64,000 bases of DNA from contig CM097885.1 of NCBI GenBank assembly GCA_044892525.1, forward strand, positions 620,001-684,000, written 5' to 3'. The DNA comes from Schmidtea polychroa. Lineage: Eukaryota. Below are positions 1-11,778 of this stretch, in pieces (positions within the stretch are counted from its first letter, which is position 1; each line of letters opens with the position of its first letter). Made by a program: the position numbers and the translations under genes. A model generated the notes under the pieces. The model was not told the DNA's origin and ran no database searches. It worked only from the letters and a program-made list of their open reading frames with translations.

Positions 1-49
1 AAAATCTTTCATTTAAATAATATATTTTTATTAAATTTTTATTTTATAG

Positions 50-3000
50 GTATACTTTATCCAAATTATTGTTCATCGAAAAAACATGATAATAATTGTC
101 ATTCTATAATGGAGAATTATTACACGAAAAAATATTATAATAAAACTTATTTTATATGTCCCGTATGTAAGACTAGTAACCCTGTAACATGTAGCGTTTT
201 TTATAATAAACATAAAAATCATTTAGATAGGTTTAATTTTAAAAAAGATAGTGTTTTTAAAAGACCCTCAACTATAGAAAAAAATAATACAAATAAAAAA
301 ATTAAATTAGATACTTCTTCTTTTGAATCCCAGGTCAGATTAGAGGTTGAATCCCAGGCTGGATTGTCTTTTGTTGAATTCCAGGTCGGATTGTCTTTTG
401 TTGAATCCAATGATGGATTGGTTGTTGAATCCCAGGTCGGATTGCCTTTTGTTGAATCCCAGGTCGGATTGGTTGTTGAATCCAATGATGGATTATTCAC
501 TTCCTTTGATTCTTGGAATGGATTAAATATAATACAAATAGGTGGAAATGTATCGACAATACAAAGAGATTTAAGAGGTACCCATCAAATATTAAGTTTA
601 AATACTAGCGACTTAAATATAAAAGAAATAATATTTCCTGAACAACTAATAATAAAATTACGAGATATTATTAACGAATTAGGATCCGTCAAAATTCAAT
701 TCGGAATAACAATCGAATTTGAAAAAGACGGGTAAATAAAGGTTAATAATATATCCAATTACGCAAAACCTTTAACTGCATCATTTTTTGATCAAGGCAT
801 TAAGGAACTAAATGAGAAAATAACTAATATTACAAAGTTAGGAAGCAATTGGATTTTAAAAAATATAACAGAAATCCACTTCACTATAACAAAAATAAGT
901 AGGTTAAGTAGATTAAGTGGTAGGAGTTTCATTGAAACACCTACTTATCTAAAAAATAAATATTGTTTAATTAATATAAAAAACACTGATGATTCATGTT
1001 TTTTATATAGCATTTTAGCTATTTTAAAATATGATGAAGTTAGTATTTATGCTAGAAATAGGACATCGAGTTATAATTTATCCGACTTAGTATATAACCC
1101 GTTAGAATTACCTATGAAATTAAAAGACATTAGGAAATTTGAATCTAAAAATTCGGGTTTAATAATTAATGTTTTTTCATATGATAATAGCAAACAATTA
1201 ACTGATAATTATGTATTAAAACATTCACATTTAGATATTATAAATCAGGGGTGCCCACTAATTTTTCTAGGAGTGCTACATTCACATCCAAAATGTGTAT
1301 GCGATCTACTTTTTTAATACTTACATAATATTTACCTACAATGCAATAAATTCATCACAATAGAACAAATATATGTCAAAATATGGAAAATTAAACTATG
1401 TAACTATTTATTATAAAAAAATGTAACTTAGGAAATCAAATTTAATGAAAATTATTGTTATATAGAACTTTTGGATGTTGATGCTCTACATTGGGTTGAA
1501 TCCACTAGATTTTTGTAGTTTGTGATATAAGTGCTAAGACAACTTCTTAGGCTGGATTCCAAATGGTCATCTGTTAATGTTGCTCGGTACTTTGACTTTA
1601 TAATTTTCATATGTGAAAATGCAGACTCACATAAATAAGTTGAACCAAAAAATGATACTAAATTTCGAAGCATTTTTTCAAGTTTGAATATTTATCCTCT
1701 GATAGATATTTCCATACATTTGGTTCGGAAGATCTTGATTTAATGAAGATATCATTTTGAAGTGTGATTATTTCCATTTCAAGTATAGGGATATCCATTT
1801 TAAACAAAGTTGAGATTGAATCTGCAACAATTTCTGGCTTTATTTTTGGATTAAACAGAAAGGACATAAATGCAGCCACAATTTCAAGTTTCTTGAAGTC
1901 TTGAAAACGTCTCTCGAACTCTAAAACCAAAATTTTGATCTGTTCCGCATATCTCGTAATATTAAAGTTGACATTTTCAGATTCTTTTAATTGTGACAAC
2001 ATATTTGGAAAATAACTTAAATTTTTGTCTTTTATTTTGATAATAAGTAAATGAAGCTTTTGTATAAATGCAATGATTGAACTTATCATATCGAATATCA
2101 ATTTATCCTTACGATGTAAGTCGAGATTTAATTCATTCAGAATTGCAGTAATATCTACTAAAAATGCCAAATCCAAGAGCCAAACATCATCTTCCAATTG
2201 TTTGAACTCATCACCTCTTGCGACAAGGAACAACTTAATCTCAGAAAGCAAATCTCTAAATCTTTGTAAGAATTTTCCTCTACTTAGCCACCTTACATCT
2301 GAATGCATCAGTAATTCAGCAGGACCTTCGCTATTACTTTCTTCAATTTGTAATTTGAAAAGTCATCTCTGAAGACTTCTTGCACGAATCGAGTTAGCAA
2401 TTTTGAATGGTATTTCCATAATATCTCTCATATTCAGAATTTTAGCACACAAGGCTTGTTGATGAATAATACAGTGGTAGGAAAGAAAATCTGGGAATTC
2501 ACAATCATTCCTAAAATATGCTATAAATCCGTTGTGACGCCCTGTCATAGCTGGTGCGCCATCTGTTGTTATTGATACAAGCTTACAAATTTGGAGCTGA
2601 ATGCTGTTGGCATAAGCTTTAAAATTCTGAAATATATCCTCACCTCGAGTTTTACTTTTGAGTGGTATAATTGTTAATAATTCTTCCTTCGTAGAAAAAT
2701 CTTTAAAGACCATTCGAATAAAAATTATAAGCTGCGAAATATCAGCCGCATCAGTTGATTCGTCTGCTTGCAATGAAAATGCAGTACAATTTCCTATGTC
2801 TAACATTAACTGATATTTTAAATTGGTACTTATTTCTTGGACTCTCCGTGTAACTGTATTACGGGACAATTGCATATCAGTAATAGCAGAAATTATATCT
2901 GATTTATTTTCCACTTTGTTACACAAAAATTTAAGCATAAAACAGAAATTTTATATAAAATCTAAATTTATATAAAAAATATTTTTTTTATGAAGATCTA

Positions 3001-3960
3001 CTAAAAAATCCTTCCTATCTACCGGATAGATCGCGATCGAACTTATGGGCACCCTTGTTATACATCGTTCCTAAGTTTTAAATAGAACTGTAATTAATTT
3101 ACTACTTTTAAATAAAGGAAACAATTTCCATTACGTTGCTATAAGTAATTTAAATAGGTTACTGAATTGTGGTATCAACACTAGTTGTCCTACACGCATA
3201 CGTTCATTATGGTGCCATCGGTGTTTGAATGGGTTAAGGTATAAACAAGCACTGGAAAAACATGAAATATTATGTAAACGTAATCAATTAGGAACAACTC
3301 TTTACACTTTCCCTCAAAATAAATTATTGCAGTTTACTGACTGGTCGAAAACAGTAACTCCTCCTTTTGTAGTTTATGCCGATTTTGAGGCTATTTTACC
3401 TTCTGATAATGTTCATTTCCAACGACACATGCCAATATCTGCGGGTCTTTTACTTGTAAATAACTTTGATGGATCTAAATCTTGTCAACAGTTCATAGGT
3501 TTAGATTGCGTCGAGAGTTTTTTAAGTGCTATAGAGGATATAGCATTAAATAAGGTTCTTCCTTTGTATTATAAAATGGGTGGGAAACCTATGATTAAAT
3601 TAACGAAAATTGAACAACGTCAATTTGTAAGTGCATCTGTTTGTTATCTTTGTATGAAATCTATCGTTGATCCTGTTAGAGATCACGATCATTTTACTGG
3701 GAAATTCTTGGGTGCAGCTTGTAGCACATGTAACAAAAATAAGAAAATAAATAAAATTTTGCCTATCGTATTTCACAACTTGAAGGGATACGATATGCAT
3801 CATATACTTAAATACGGAATAAATAAATTTAAAAATTGGACTTTAGGTTGCATCCCAATAACGACTGAAAGATTTATTTCTTTGATTGCGCATTTAGGCA
3901 AAAGAATTGAATCTTATCAATTCATTGATTCTTTTTATTGTTAATGATTCTTTAGCTAAA
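50..3960 (+). pseudogene. Polinton family-B protein-primed DNA polymerase B, 5' half, with stops, interrupted by a hAT element (1246-3057)
   Basis: Splice acceptor tttatag at 43-49; CPVC zinc finger; INIKNTDDSCFLYS..HYVAI vOTU-like region; Exo I VYADFE; CxxC..RDHDHFTG..ACxxCN endonuclease-VII-like motif; Exo II FHNLKGYD; ends at junction with a retrotransposon fragment at ~3990. Confidence 0.9.
1246..3057 (-). mobile_element. hAT DNA transposon (Buster/SPIN/GTF2IRD2-like), internally deleted, broken transposase
   Basis: TIRs CAGGGGTGCCCA (1246) and TGGGCACCCTTG (ends 3057); 8-bp TSD ttataaat/ttatacat of nnnTAnnn type; transposase motifs SLQADESTD, TTDGAPAM, HCIIHQQ, VRWLSRG, STYLCESAFS. Confidence 0.93.
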
Positions 3961-3989
3961 GCAGTCAAAACTTTGAATTCTTTGCCTTT

Positions 3990-5700
3990 ACGGGTAAGTT
4001 GTCTATCAGAGCGATGGCGTTTTTGGGATCACTAGAGAATAAGGATGAGTTGGACTGAAGGCTTTTGTTAAGGATAAATTTTTCGTTTAAAGGGGAGAGT
4101 TTATAAGAAATAGGGTTTATGAAAGAATACTCAACGTCATCGGTTACAGAGTTTCTTTGTATAGAAGCCTCTATGATATCATGAGAGTCGTTATGGCTTA
4201 CTGAGTCTATTGGTATGTAAGAGTTAGTTGTTTCGACGATAGAAGTATCGTTTAATGGAGAAGGTTTGAAGGATATGGGATTTTTTTCCATTCATTCTGT
4301 TTATCTGGTCGAGTTGCCTAAAATAAAGGTAAATATTGGAGCTATTAAAGATAATTTTATCGTAGTCTGGAGGCTTCAATGGTACAGCGTCTTTTGCCTC
4401 CTGGCTTTTGTGATAAATTTCTCTTCTTCTCCATTGAGAACCCACCGAAAAAAGAAAAAATCAAATTTTATTTTATGCAATTAACGGGGCACATGGCCAA
4501 GAAGGGGAGATGTTATCTGTAGCTTTTAGTTCAATAGACTGTGGATGTTAGAGTGTAATACTCCTACATCAAAACGTGGTTTTTCCTGAAAACTTCAGTC
4601 TTATTTGGAGTCTGGGATCCATTTTGAAGCTCCTGACATTGGCTCATTCACATTTACAGGTAAGCATCATTGAGCAGAGTAGGGATAATCATGGCTAATC
4701 ACAGACTTGATCAGCCATGGCTCGTATAGATGCATCTGGCATTCATTCATTCAGGTTAGTTTATTAGGAGAGGTAGAGCAAGTCCATCCTCTGTCTGGTG
4801 AGTATATGTCATTGAATTCTCATTGAATTCTGAGGAGGCATTCCAAACAGATTGGACAGATTTCGCAGTTATAGTAATTGTTAGGAGAGGCAGTTAGAGC
4901 TTCTGTCTGATTAGTTTATATGCAATTATGAGCACTAAAATCTTTCGTTTAAATCTATCTTAATAGGATAGAGTTTATAATAAATAGGGTTTATGAAAGA
5001 ATACTCAACGTCATCGGTTACAGAGTTTCTTTGTATAGAAGCCTCTATGATATCATGAGAGTCGTTATGGCTTACTGAGTCTATGGAGATGTGAGAGTTA
5101 GTTGTTTCGACGATAGAAGTATCGTTTAATGGAGAAGGTTTGAAGGATATGGGATTTTTCATAGAGTCATTATCCATATTGGAGTGTGAAAGGTGGTTAG
5201 AGTATTTCTTTGAGATGTTGGAGTCATCTTTAATGGGAGTTGAAGTAATATTTGGGAGATAGAGATTATCAAGATTAGTATTTGATGAGGCACTGCTCGA
5301 TAGTTGGACATCATCGCAGTCTTCATCATCAAGATCACAGGTATTAGTTTTATTGGTAGGAGGGTTTAAGTAAAAAGGAGTATTATTATCCGACGAAGCT
5401 TTAAGGACTGGAGTGATAGGAGTTGTAGCTGAGATTGAGAGTATTGGCCTTGACAAGGTGTTTGTTGTCAAAAAGTCTCTTGATAATCGAGCAGATGAGA
5501 TAACAGGTGTTTTTTTATGAATATTTCTATTATAATTAGATTTTGATAATTTAATATTAGAATTAGTGAATTTAAAAGATTTTAATATTTTATTTAGGCT
5601 TGAAGGTTTAATGGTATTCATCGTTTTAGGTGAATTGGGGATATCGCGGTTATGGTCTATAAAGGTGGTGATTGGTTTTGAGAAGTGGGATAAAAGATTA
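3990..5700 (-). mobile_element. 5' fragment of NeSL-like non-LTR retrotransposon ORF (same family as 38150-41630)
   Basis: Near-identical to 39745-41450; Ser/Asn/Pro-rich ORF pieces MNTIKPSS.. and SFKPSPLNDTS.. Confidence 0.65.
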
Positions 5701-6264
5701 AATTTTTAAATTAAAGTAAATAGTGGTTCAAAATTTGAAATTAAAGTTAATTAAGGGCTCAACTAAGTAAATTAGGGTTCAAATTTTTAAATTAAAGTAA
5801 ATATTGGTTCTAAAAAATTAAAATAAAGTAAATCAAGGTCCAAAATTTTAAATTAAATTAATGAATGGGCACAAATAACTAAATTAAGGTTCTAAAAAAT
5901 TAAAAATAAGTTAATTAAGGTCCAAATTTTAAAATTAAGTAATCAATGGTAAAAAATTAAAGTTAAATAAGTAAATTAAAGTAAGATTTTTAAATTTATT
6001 AACAATTGAAATTTTTTAATGAAAGTTTTTATGAAATAATTTTTTATGAATAATTTTTAATAGAAATTTTAATGAAATATTTTTCAATGGTAATTTTTAA
6101 TGGAAATGTTTATGAAATAATAATAAAAATAATAATAATAATAAAAATAATAAGTAGATGGATTGGGCACCGCTGGCACAGGGCACCGCTAGCACAGTAC
6201 CCCCCCCCGGTCGTCATATTTTTCAAAAATATGCTAAGTCTAAAAGTACATTTTTTAAACAAAG

Positions 6265-7010
6265 ACATATGACTCATCAAGGTCATTGAAACAAAGACCA
6301 TGACTAATAGTATGACTCATCAAATTTCTCAAGGTCATTTAAACAAAGACCGTGACTCATCCTATGACTCATCAAGGTCATTTTCAAGGTCGAATGACTC
6401 ATAATATGACTCATCAATGCCAAAAAATTTTTCAAGGTCATTTAAACACAGTCCATGACCCATCAAGGTCATTTTCAAGGTCGTATCACTCATAATATGA
6501 CTCATCAATGCCAAAACTTTTTTTCAAGGTCATTTAAACAAAGTCCATGACTCATCAAAGTCATTTCCAAGGTCATATGACTCATACTATGACTCATGTG
6601 CCCATGAAATTTTTTCCCAAGGTCATATGACTCATAGTATGTCTCACCAAAATTTTCAAGGTCATTTAAACAAAGCCCATGACTCATAATATGACTCATC
6701 AAGGTCAATTTCAAGGCCATATGACTCATACTATGACTCGTAAGACCTTGAAAAAAAATTTTCAAGGTCACCTGCCTCATCCTATGCATCATCAAGGTCA
6801 ATTTCGAGGTCATATGAGTCATACTATGACTCATCGAAATTTTTTCAAGGTCATATGACTCATCCGACGACTCATCAAAATTTTCAAGGTCATTTTCAAG
6901 GTCATCTGAGTCATGCCTTACCTCATCAAGGTCATTTTCAAGGTCGCATGACTCATCCAAGGTCATTCCCAATGTCATATGAGTCATCGCGATGAGTCAT
7001 CAAGGTCATA
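6265..7010. promoter_or_regulatory. Subterminal degenerate repeat array of ATGACTCAT (AP-1/bZIP-type) and TCAAGGTCA (NR5A/ERR-type) motifs
   Basis: Dozens of interleaved tgactcat and caaggtca copies; mirrored at ~24615-25290; function inferred. Confidence 0.6.
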
Positions 7011-7157
7011 TTATTATTTTTATAAATATTATTATTTTTATTATTATTTTTAAAAATATTATTATTTTATTTTTAATTTTTTCAAAGTTCTCGCCAACGA
7101 AAATTAATAATCGATAGCTCATTTTAAAGCTCAATCCAAGACCTTTCGAATGAGCTA

Positions 7158-7328
<171 letters not shown>

Positions 7329-7448
7329 AATCTATATACTCCGAGTCTATATACTCCTAGTCTATCCGATAAAATATTTTGTCCCCCTATGGGTAATGCT
7401 CACAAGGGTACTGGTCACGCTCAACAAATCAACAAAACATACATTTAT

Positions 7449-7946
7449 TTAAACAATAAAATAATGTAAAATTACCAAAGGTAAACTAAATATTGATGTA
7501 CTATTCGCAGCAATATTGTTTGAAATTGGTAACGTAGAATTGATTTTCAGAGATTCTATTGATCCTTTGATTGTTTGAATTTCTCTTAATAATAATTCAA
7601 TCTTTTTTAACAAATAATCATGCTTCTTATCAATTATTTTCATATTCATTTTATTTTCAACAATAGAGTTATTGAAAACCTTAATATGATCAATCAATTC
7701 AAATTTTATATTTTGTATATATTCAAATGATAGTTCATAACTGTTTTCTAAATTCTCCAATCTTTGAGATATTCTTTTTCCTGGATGCTTTGACCATTTT
7801 GGTTTGTCCAGAATATATAAAATATCCATCAACTTGGCTGTATTCGGACAAACACATATTGATTAATTAAAAGACTCCACTGTTATTGTTGTATTGTGTG
7901 AGCACACACTCGTTATAATAATTAGCAATATGAATATAGTTTTCAT
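7449..7946 (-). pseudogene. Signal-peptide, coiled-coil, C-terminal hydrophobic (GPI/TM-like) protein with one in-frame stop
   Basis: Upstream in-frame ATG gives MKTIFILLIIITSVCSHNTT..SFN*SICVCP..; C-terminus NSTSIFSLPLVILHYFIV. Confidence 0.6.
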
Positions 7947-8051
7947 GGTGTATCAAATCAAAACCTTTCTTTTACATTTATAGTCTATCAACCAATCAAA
8001 ATCATCCGGTATTAGTATAAATAAAACATCATATTTTAAATTATTGTAAAA

Positions 8052-8572
8052 ATGTCTCAATTTATGGAAAATCTTTTAAGAGAACTCGTCAACAGGAATA
8101 TTATGGAAAGCCTATGTTTCCTGGTCGATCGGACCGAAAAGATTATAGAAGGTAATCACATTGATTATGAAGATGTGATCAATTCTGATTGTCTCGAAAC
8201 CAAAAAATTCTATTTTAATAGAATTTTTAACTGTCTATGCGACGATCAGATGAAGTGGACCCGAATACTAGTAGGGTTCGCTTATATGAAAATAATAATC
8301 CAAAGAAGTCTATGGGACTCAGAGCACTATTATCAGTGGTCTCAAGAAGTAATACTTTTATAATTTATATTTTATTAATATTTATTTTCTAGATAATCAA
8401 GTCAAAGTTTCAACCATGGATTGAAGCCAATGGCGGATGGGGAGTACTCAATCAACTCGCCAGAAATGCGAAGGAAATTGATGATCAGAAAAGAAAATTT
8501 AAAAACTATGTAAAACTTGCAACAGGTGTTGCTATTTTGTATATTTTAACCAGATTTTTAAATAAAAATTAA
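8052..8572 (+). CDS. Viral Bcl-2 family protein, 2 exons (8052-8348, 8393-8572), 158 aa
   Basis: BH1-like LCDDQMKWTRILVGFAY; 44-nt GT-AG intron; exon 2 gives BH2 PWIEANGGW and tail anchor YVKLATGVAILYILTRFLNKN. Confidence 0.88.
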
Positions 8573-8655
8573 TATAGTTATTTTTGTTTGATTTTTAAAT
8601 AAATTTTTAAATAACATTTTAAATAAATTTACAAACACTAATTAACTAAGATTTA

Positions 8656-9053
8656 TTAATTAACACATTCGCAGTCGTCATCTCCACATTTCATTATATT
8701 TTCAACGACATGATCAATACAATCATTCGTAATATTATCTTTAGATTCATCTTTAGGTTCCTCTATAGGTTCCTCTATAGGTTCCTCTATAGGTTCATCT
8801 ATAGGTTCATAGATTTCCTCATCAATTTCTTGAGTATCGGTTTCTTGAGTTTCTTCCTCAACATCAAATCCTGTATCTTGACTCTCAACTAACCAGCCGA
8901 TATTTAAGGCATTTGTAATAGATAATATGTCCTCAATTTTCACACCAGATATTTCTGCTAACTTTTCCCACAAAAAGTTGATTAAAAATTCTAAATAATA
9001 AATAATTCGGTAATTAATTAATCATGTTAACCTTTTTCTGCAGTCATTTTCAT
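8656..9053 (-). CDS. Small acidic protein (EEPI repeats), 2 exons
   Basis: In the mirrored copy exon 1 22693-22714 (MKMTAEK) splices in frame to 22756; highly Asp/Glu-rich. Confidence 0.65.
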
Positions 9054-9179
9054 CACTTTAAAACTATATTATAATTTTGTTTATAGATTTTCTTTGTTAA
9101 ATTTGCATGTCATTTGCATTTATGTTGCAATTAATAAAGAGAAAAACAAATCTGACTAATACATTTATTAAATATAATA

Positions 9180-9590
9180 TTAAAATATTTGTGAAAGTCT
9201 AGCAGACATAATTTTCCAAATAGGAGAATATACATCATTATTATCAACTTTATATCCCTGGATTGCTATTGTTATATACCAATTTTCATTTTCTTTGAAA
9301 CTGATTTCATCAAAAGCATCATAAAATCTTGCATATCTATTGTTGAACCATGCATGTTGATTACACGATAGATTCGAATCTATCCGTTTAAAAACATCAT
9401 CAATAGTTTTGACATCAATCATTGAAAGCGTGCCGGATAAGAATTCGAATTTAGTCGGAATTAGCTTGACTGGTGCAACCAATTTCATATTGATTTCTTC
9501 TTTCAAAAAATACATTTTGTAGTTGTGGAACATTTGAACTGGTTGTACCATTTCTTTAGGTTTTTCGGTGCTTGAAATTTTCTTGGTCAT
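9180..9590 (-). CDS. Putative OB-fold ssDNA-binding protein
   Basis: Intact 136 aa in both arms; C-terminal ITIAIQGYKV..YSPIWKI pattern resembles viral gp2.5-like SSBs (recognition by eye). Confidence 0.5.
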   Translation of the reverse strand: MTKKISSTEKPKEMVQPVQMFHNYKMYFLKEEINMKLVAPVKLIPTKFEFLSGTLSMIDVKTIDDVFKRIDSNLSCNQHAWFNNRYARFYDAFDEISFKENENWYITIAIQGYKVDNNDVYSPIWKIMSARLSQIF

Positions 9591-9870
9591 CGTGAATAAT
9601 GAATAAATTTAAATGTTACAGGGTTTTTATACCTTTGACTCATGCCTATCAACCAATCAGATTACAGTATGTCTTTGTTTAAATTTGCATTTCATTTGCA
9701 TTAATGCTGCATTTATGTTCTATTAATGTACATATTATTAATGTTTTATTATTACTATCATTATTTCTATTATTATTATTTCTAATTCTATTATTTATAT
9801 TATTATTATTATTATTATTATTTCTAATTCTACTTTAAATATAAAAAAAAAACTCAATACAAAAATACAT

Positions 9871-10285
9871 TTATTGATATTTATCTACAATCCGGGAGTA
9901 GTGAAACCTTCTCAGAGTTTTCACTAACTCCCATTCCACATATCGCCGATATCGATCGGCACAGCAGGAACATCCGAACATATATTGATATTCCGGCTTC
10001 ATTTCTTTCACTGTTCTGTTAATCTTTATATCCCATAAGAATTGATGGAATACCTCCATAATTCTTATTTGGGTTGAGTAGAAAATGAGGTCCGGAATTA
10101 TTTCTGCTTCTCGATCCTTGATGATTTCAATAATTTGAGGATAATAGTATTTGAGTGTATTGATCATTACATCTAAATATTTTTCTAAAATAATAAATAG
10201 TAAATAATGTGAAAATAAAAATTTAAAATTTACCGTAATCGTCGATATCCTTCATGAGGTTTGCAGAGCTTGGTAATTTGTACAT
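9871..10285 (-). CDS. Hypothetical protein, 2 exons (MYKLPSS..DDY/EKYLDVMINT..CSCC..)
   Basis: 49-nt GT-AG intron joins in frame (mirror copy exons 21453-21504 and 21554-21867). Confidence 0.7.
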
Positions 10286-10360
10286 GATGTTGAAAAAAAA
10301 TGAATTCTAAACAAAAACCGTTTGTTTAAATCAATCAATAACCAATAAGAAATTAACCAA

Positions 10361-10798
10361 TTAGAAATCGACCAATGAAATTATCTCATTTCGAACATTG
10401 TCAACAAATTCTCTATACTCCAAATTTCTCAACCCCAACATGACAACCTTTCCACTAGCAAACACGTTGACACATATAGGGTTATATTTTATTAGTCTTA
10501 GTGCCGGAAACAATTCCGGTTCAAACATACAATCACATTTTTTCGACATGTTATATAGATTGATACTATGTCCCATATCCATAGTAACGGTAATTGATTG
10601 GATTGTAATATTATTTATTCGATATTGTAATTTATTAATATCCAAAGGTTTCTTACATCCCATGATTCGGCATTTACCAGTCTTGAAAAATATTATCGGA
10701 TATTTCCCACTTCTATCGATAATTTGCTGGGGTTTCCCTGGTGGAAACCTCATATTCGATACATCAAAATTTCCTCGATAATTTATATTTGCTAACAT
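10361..10798 (-). CDS. TATA-binding-protein-like protein (minimal two-repeat core)
   Basis: Repeat 1 IIFFKTGKCRIMG; repeat 2 IQSITVTMDMGHSINL..FEPELFPAL..VFASGKVVMLG matches TBP signature YEPELFPGL..IFxSGKVVLTG. Confidence 0.88.
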   Translation of the reverse strand: MLANINYRGNFDVSNMRFPPGKPQQIIDRSGKYPIIFFKTGKCRIMGCKKPLDINKLQYRINNITIQSITVTMDMGHSINLYNMSKKCDCMFEPELFPALRLIKYNPICVNVFASGKVVMLGLRNLEYREFVDNVRNEIISLVDF

Positions 10799-10897
10799 TA
10801 CTAAATCATTTATGAAAATTAGTCTTTATATATAAATTGAGCACGAGTTCATTAAATCATCGAATATAAACAAATACACATTTATAAAATCTTTGAA

Positions 10898-11523
10898 ATG
10901 GAATTAAGAAATGATGCTGTATACCAAATCGTTGGTCCGAGTGGTAGTGGAAAAACATTATTTGTTTGTAAATTACTAAAATCCAATTTATTAAAATCAA
11001 AATTCAACAGGATTTATTGGCATAGGGGTGCTGATGAAGAACATGGATTAACTCAATCAAGTTTCTGTAAATTAAAAAACATGAAAATAGTAAAGGGATT
11101 CGATAAAAACTGGTCCAGCCGATTAAAGAAAGGCGATGTCATTATTATCGATGATTTGTATCAAGAAGCTAATAAAGAAAAAGATTTTAATAATTTATTT
11201 ACAAAGACTAGCAGACATGTCGGTGTAACAGTTATTTTCATAACTCAAAATCTATTTCATCAAGGTGGGCACATCAAACACGTAATTTAAATGTACAATA
11301 TTTAGTCATTTTCAAGAATCCTAGAGATGCAACAGTGATTGATTTTCTTGCACGTCAAGCATACCCTAACAATCGTAATTTTCTTATCAGCGCATTTCAA
11401 GATGCTACAAAAATACCTCATGGATATATATTTCTTGATTTCACACAACAATGTCCCGATGATTTACGTGTAAAAACAGATATTTTCAACCCAAAAGGTG
11501 CCATGGTTTATAAACAAAGTTGA
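10898..11523 (+). pseudogene. A32/FtsK-like genome packaging ATPase, one frameshift near 11275
   Basis: Walker A GPSGSGKT, Walker B IIIDD, SRH, ITQNLF, then FKNPRD..PHGYIFLD. Confidence 0.92.
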
Positions 11524-11541
11524 AAACCTCTATGAATAATA

Positions 11542-11754
11542 ATGTTTCTAAAAGCAAGGGTGAAAAATATTAAGAAATTAAGAAAAGGTATTAGAAAGAC
11601 TATTAAAGTTCCAAAGGTTCCACCAACAACTAGTTATACACCATCTAAAAAACTTGTAACTGAAAATTTTTCTGCAATGAATCTTATTTCGAAAAATCCT
11701 AAACCTAAACGTAAAACCCGTAAAACCTGTAAAACCGGTAAAAAAGTAGTTTAA
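11542..11754 (+). CDS. Small Lys/Arg-rich protein, putative virion core/DNA-condensing protein
   Basis: 70 aa, strongly basic, within the structural gene cluster. Confidence 0.5.
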   Translation: MFLKARVKNIKKLRKGIRKTIKVPKVPPTTSYTPSKKLVTENFSAMNLISKNPKPKRKTRKTCKTGKKVV

Positions 11755-11778
11755 AATCATCGCAGTTTTCCATTTTTT

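Noticed and set aside
6505..6987. 160-aa MTH/MSH-rich ORF (and 24638-24916)
   Set aside because: Product of the subterminal motif array; frame not conserved between arms
8656..8700. Possible LxCxE Rb-binding or CaaX motif in the acidic protein tail (MKCGDDDCECVN)
   Set aside because: Matches neither consensus
10398..10781. Antisense ORFs over TBP, integrase, PolB and RT genes
   Set aside because: Shadow frames with no motifs
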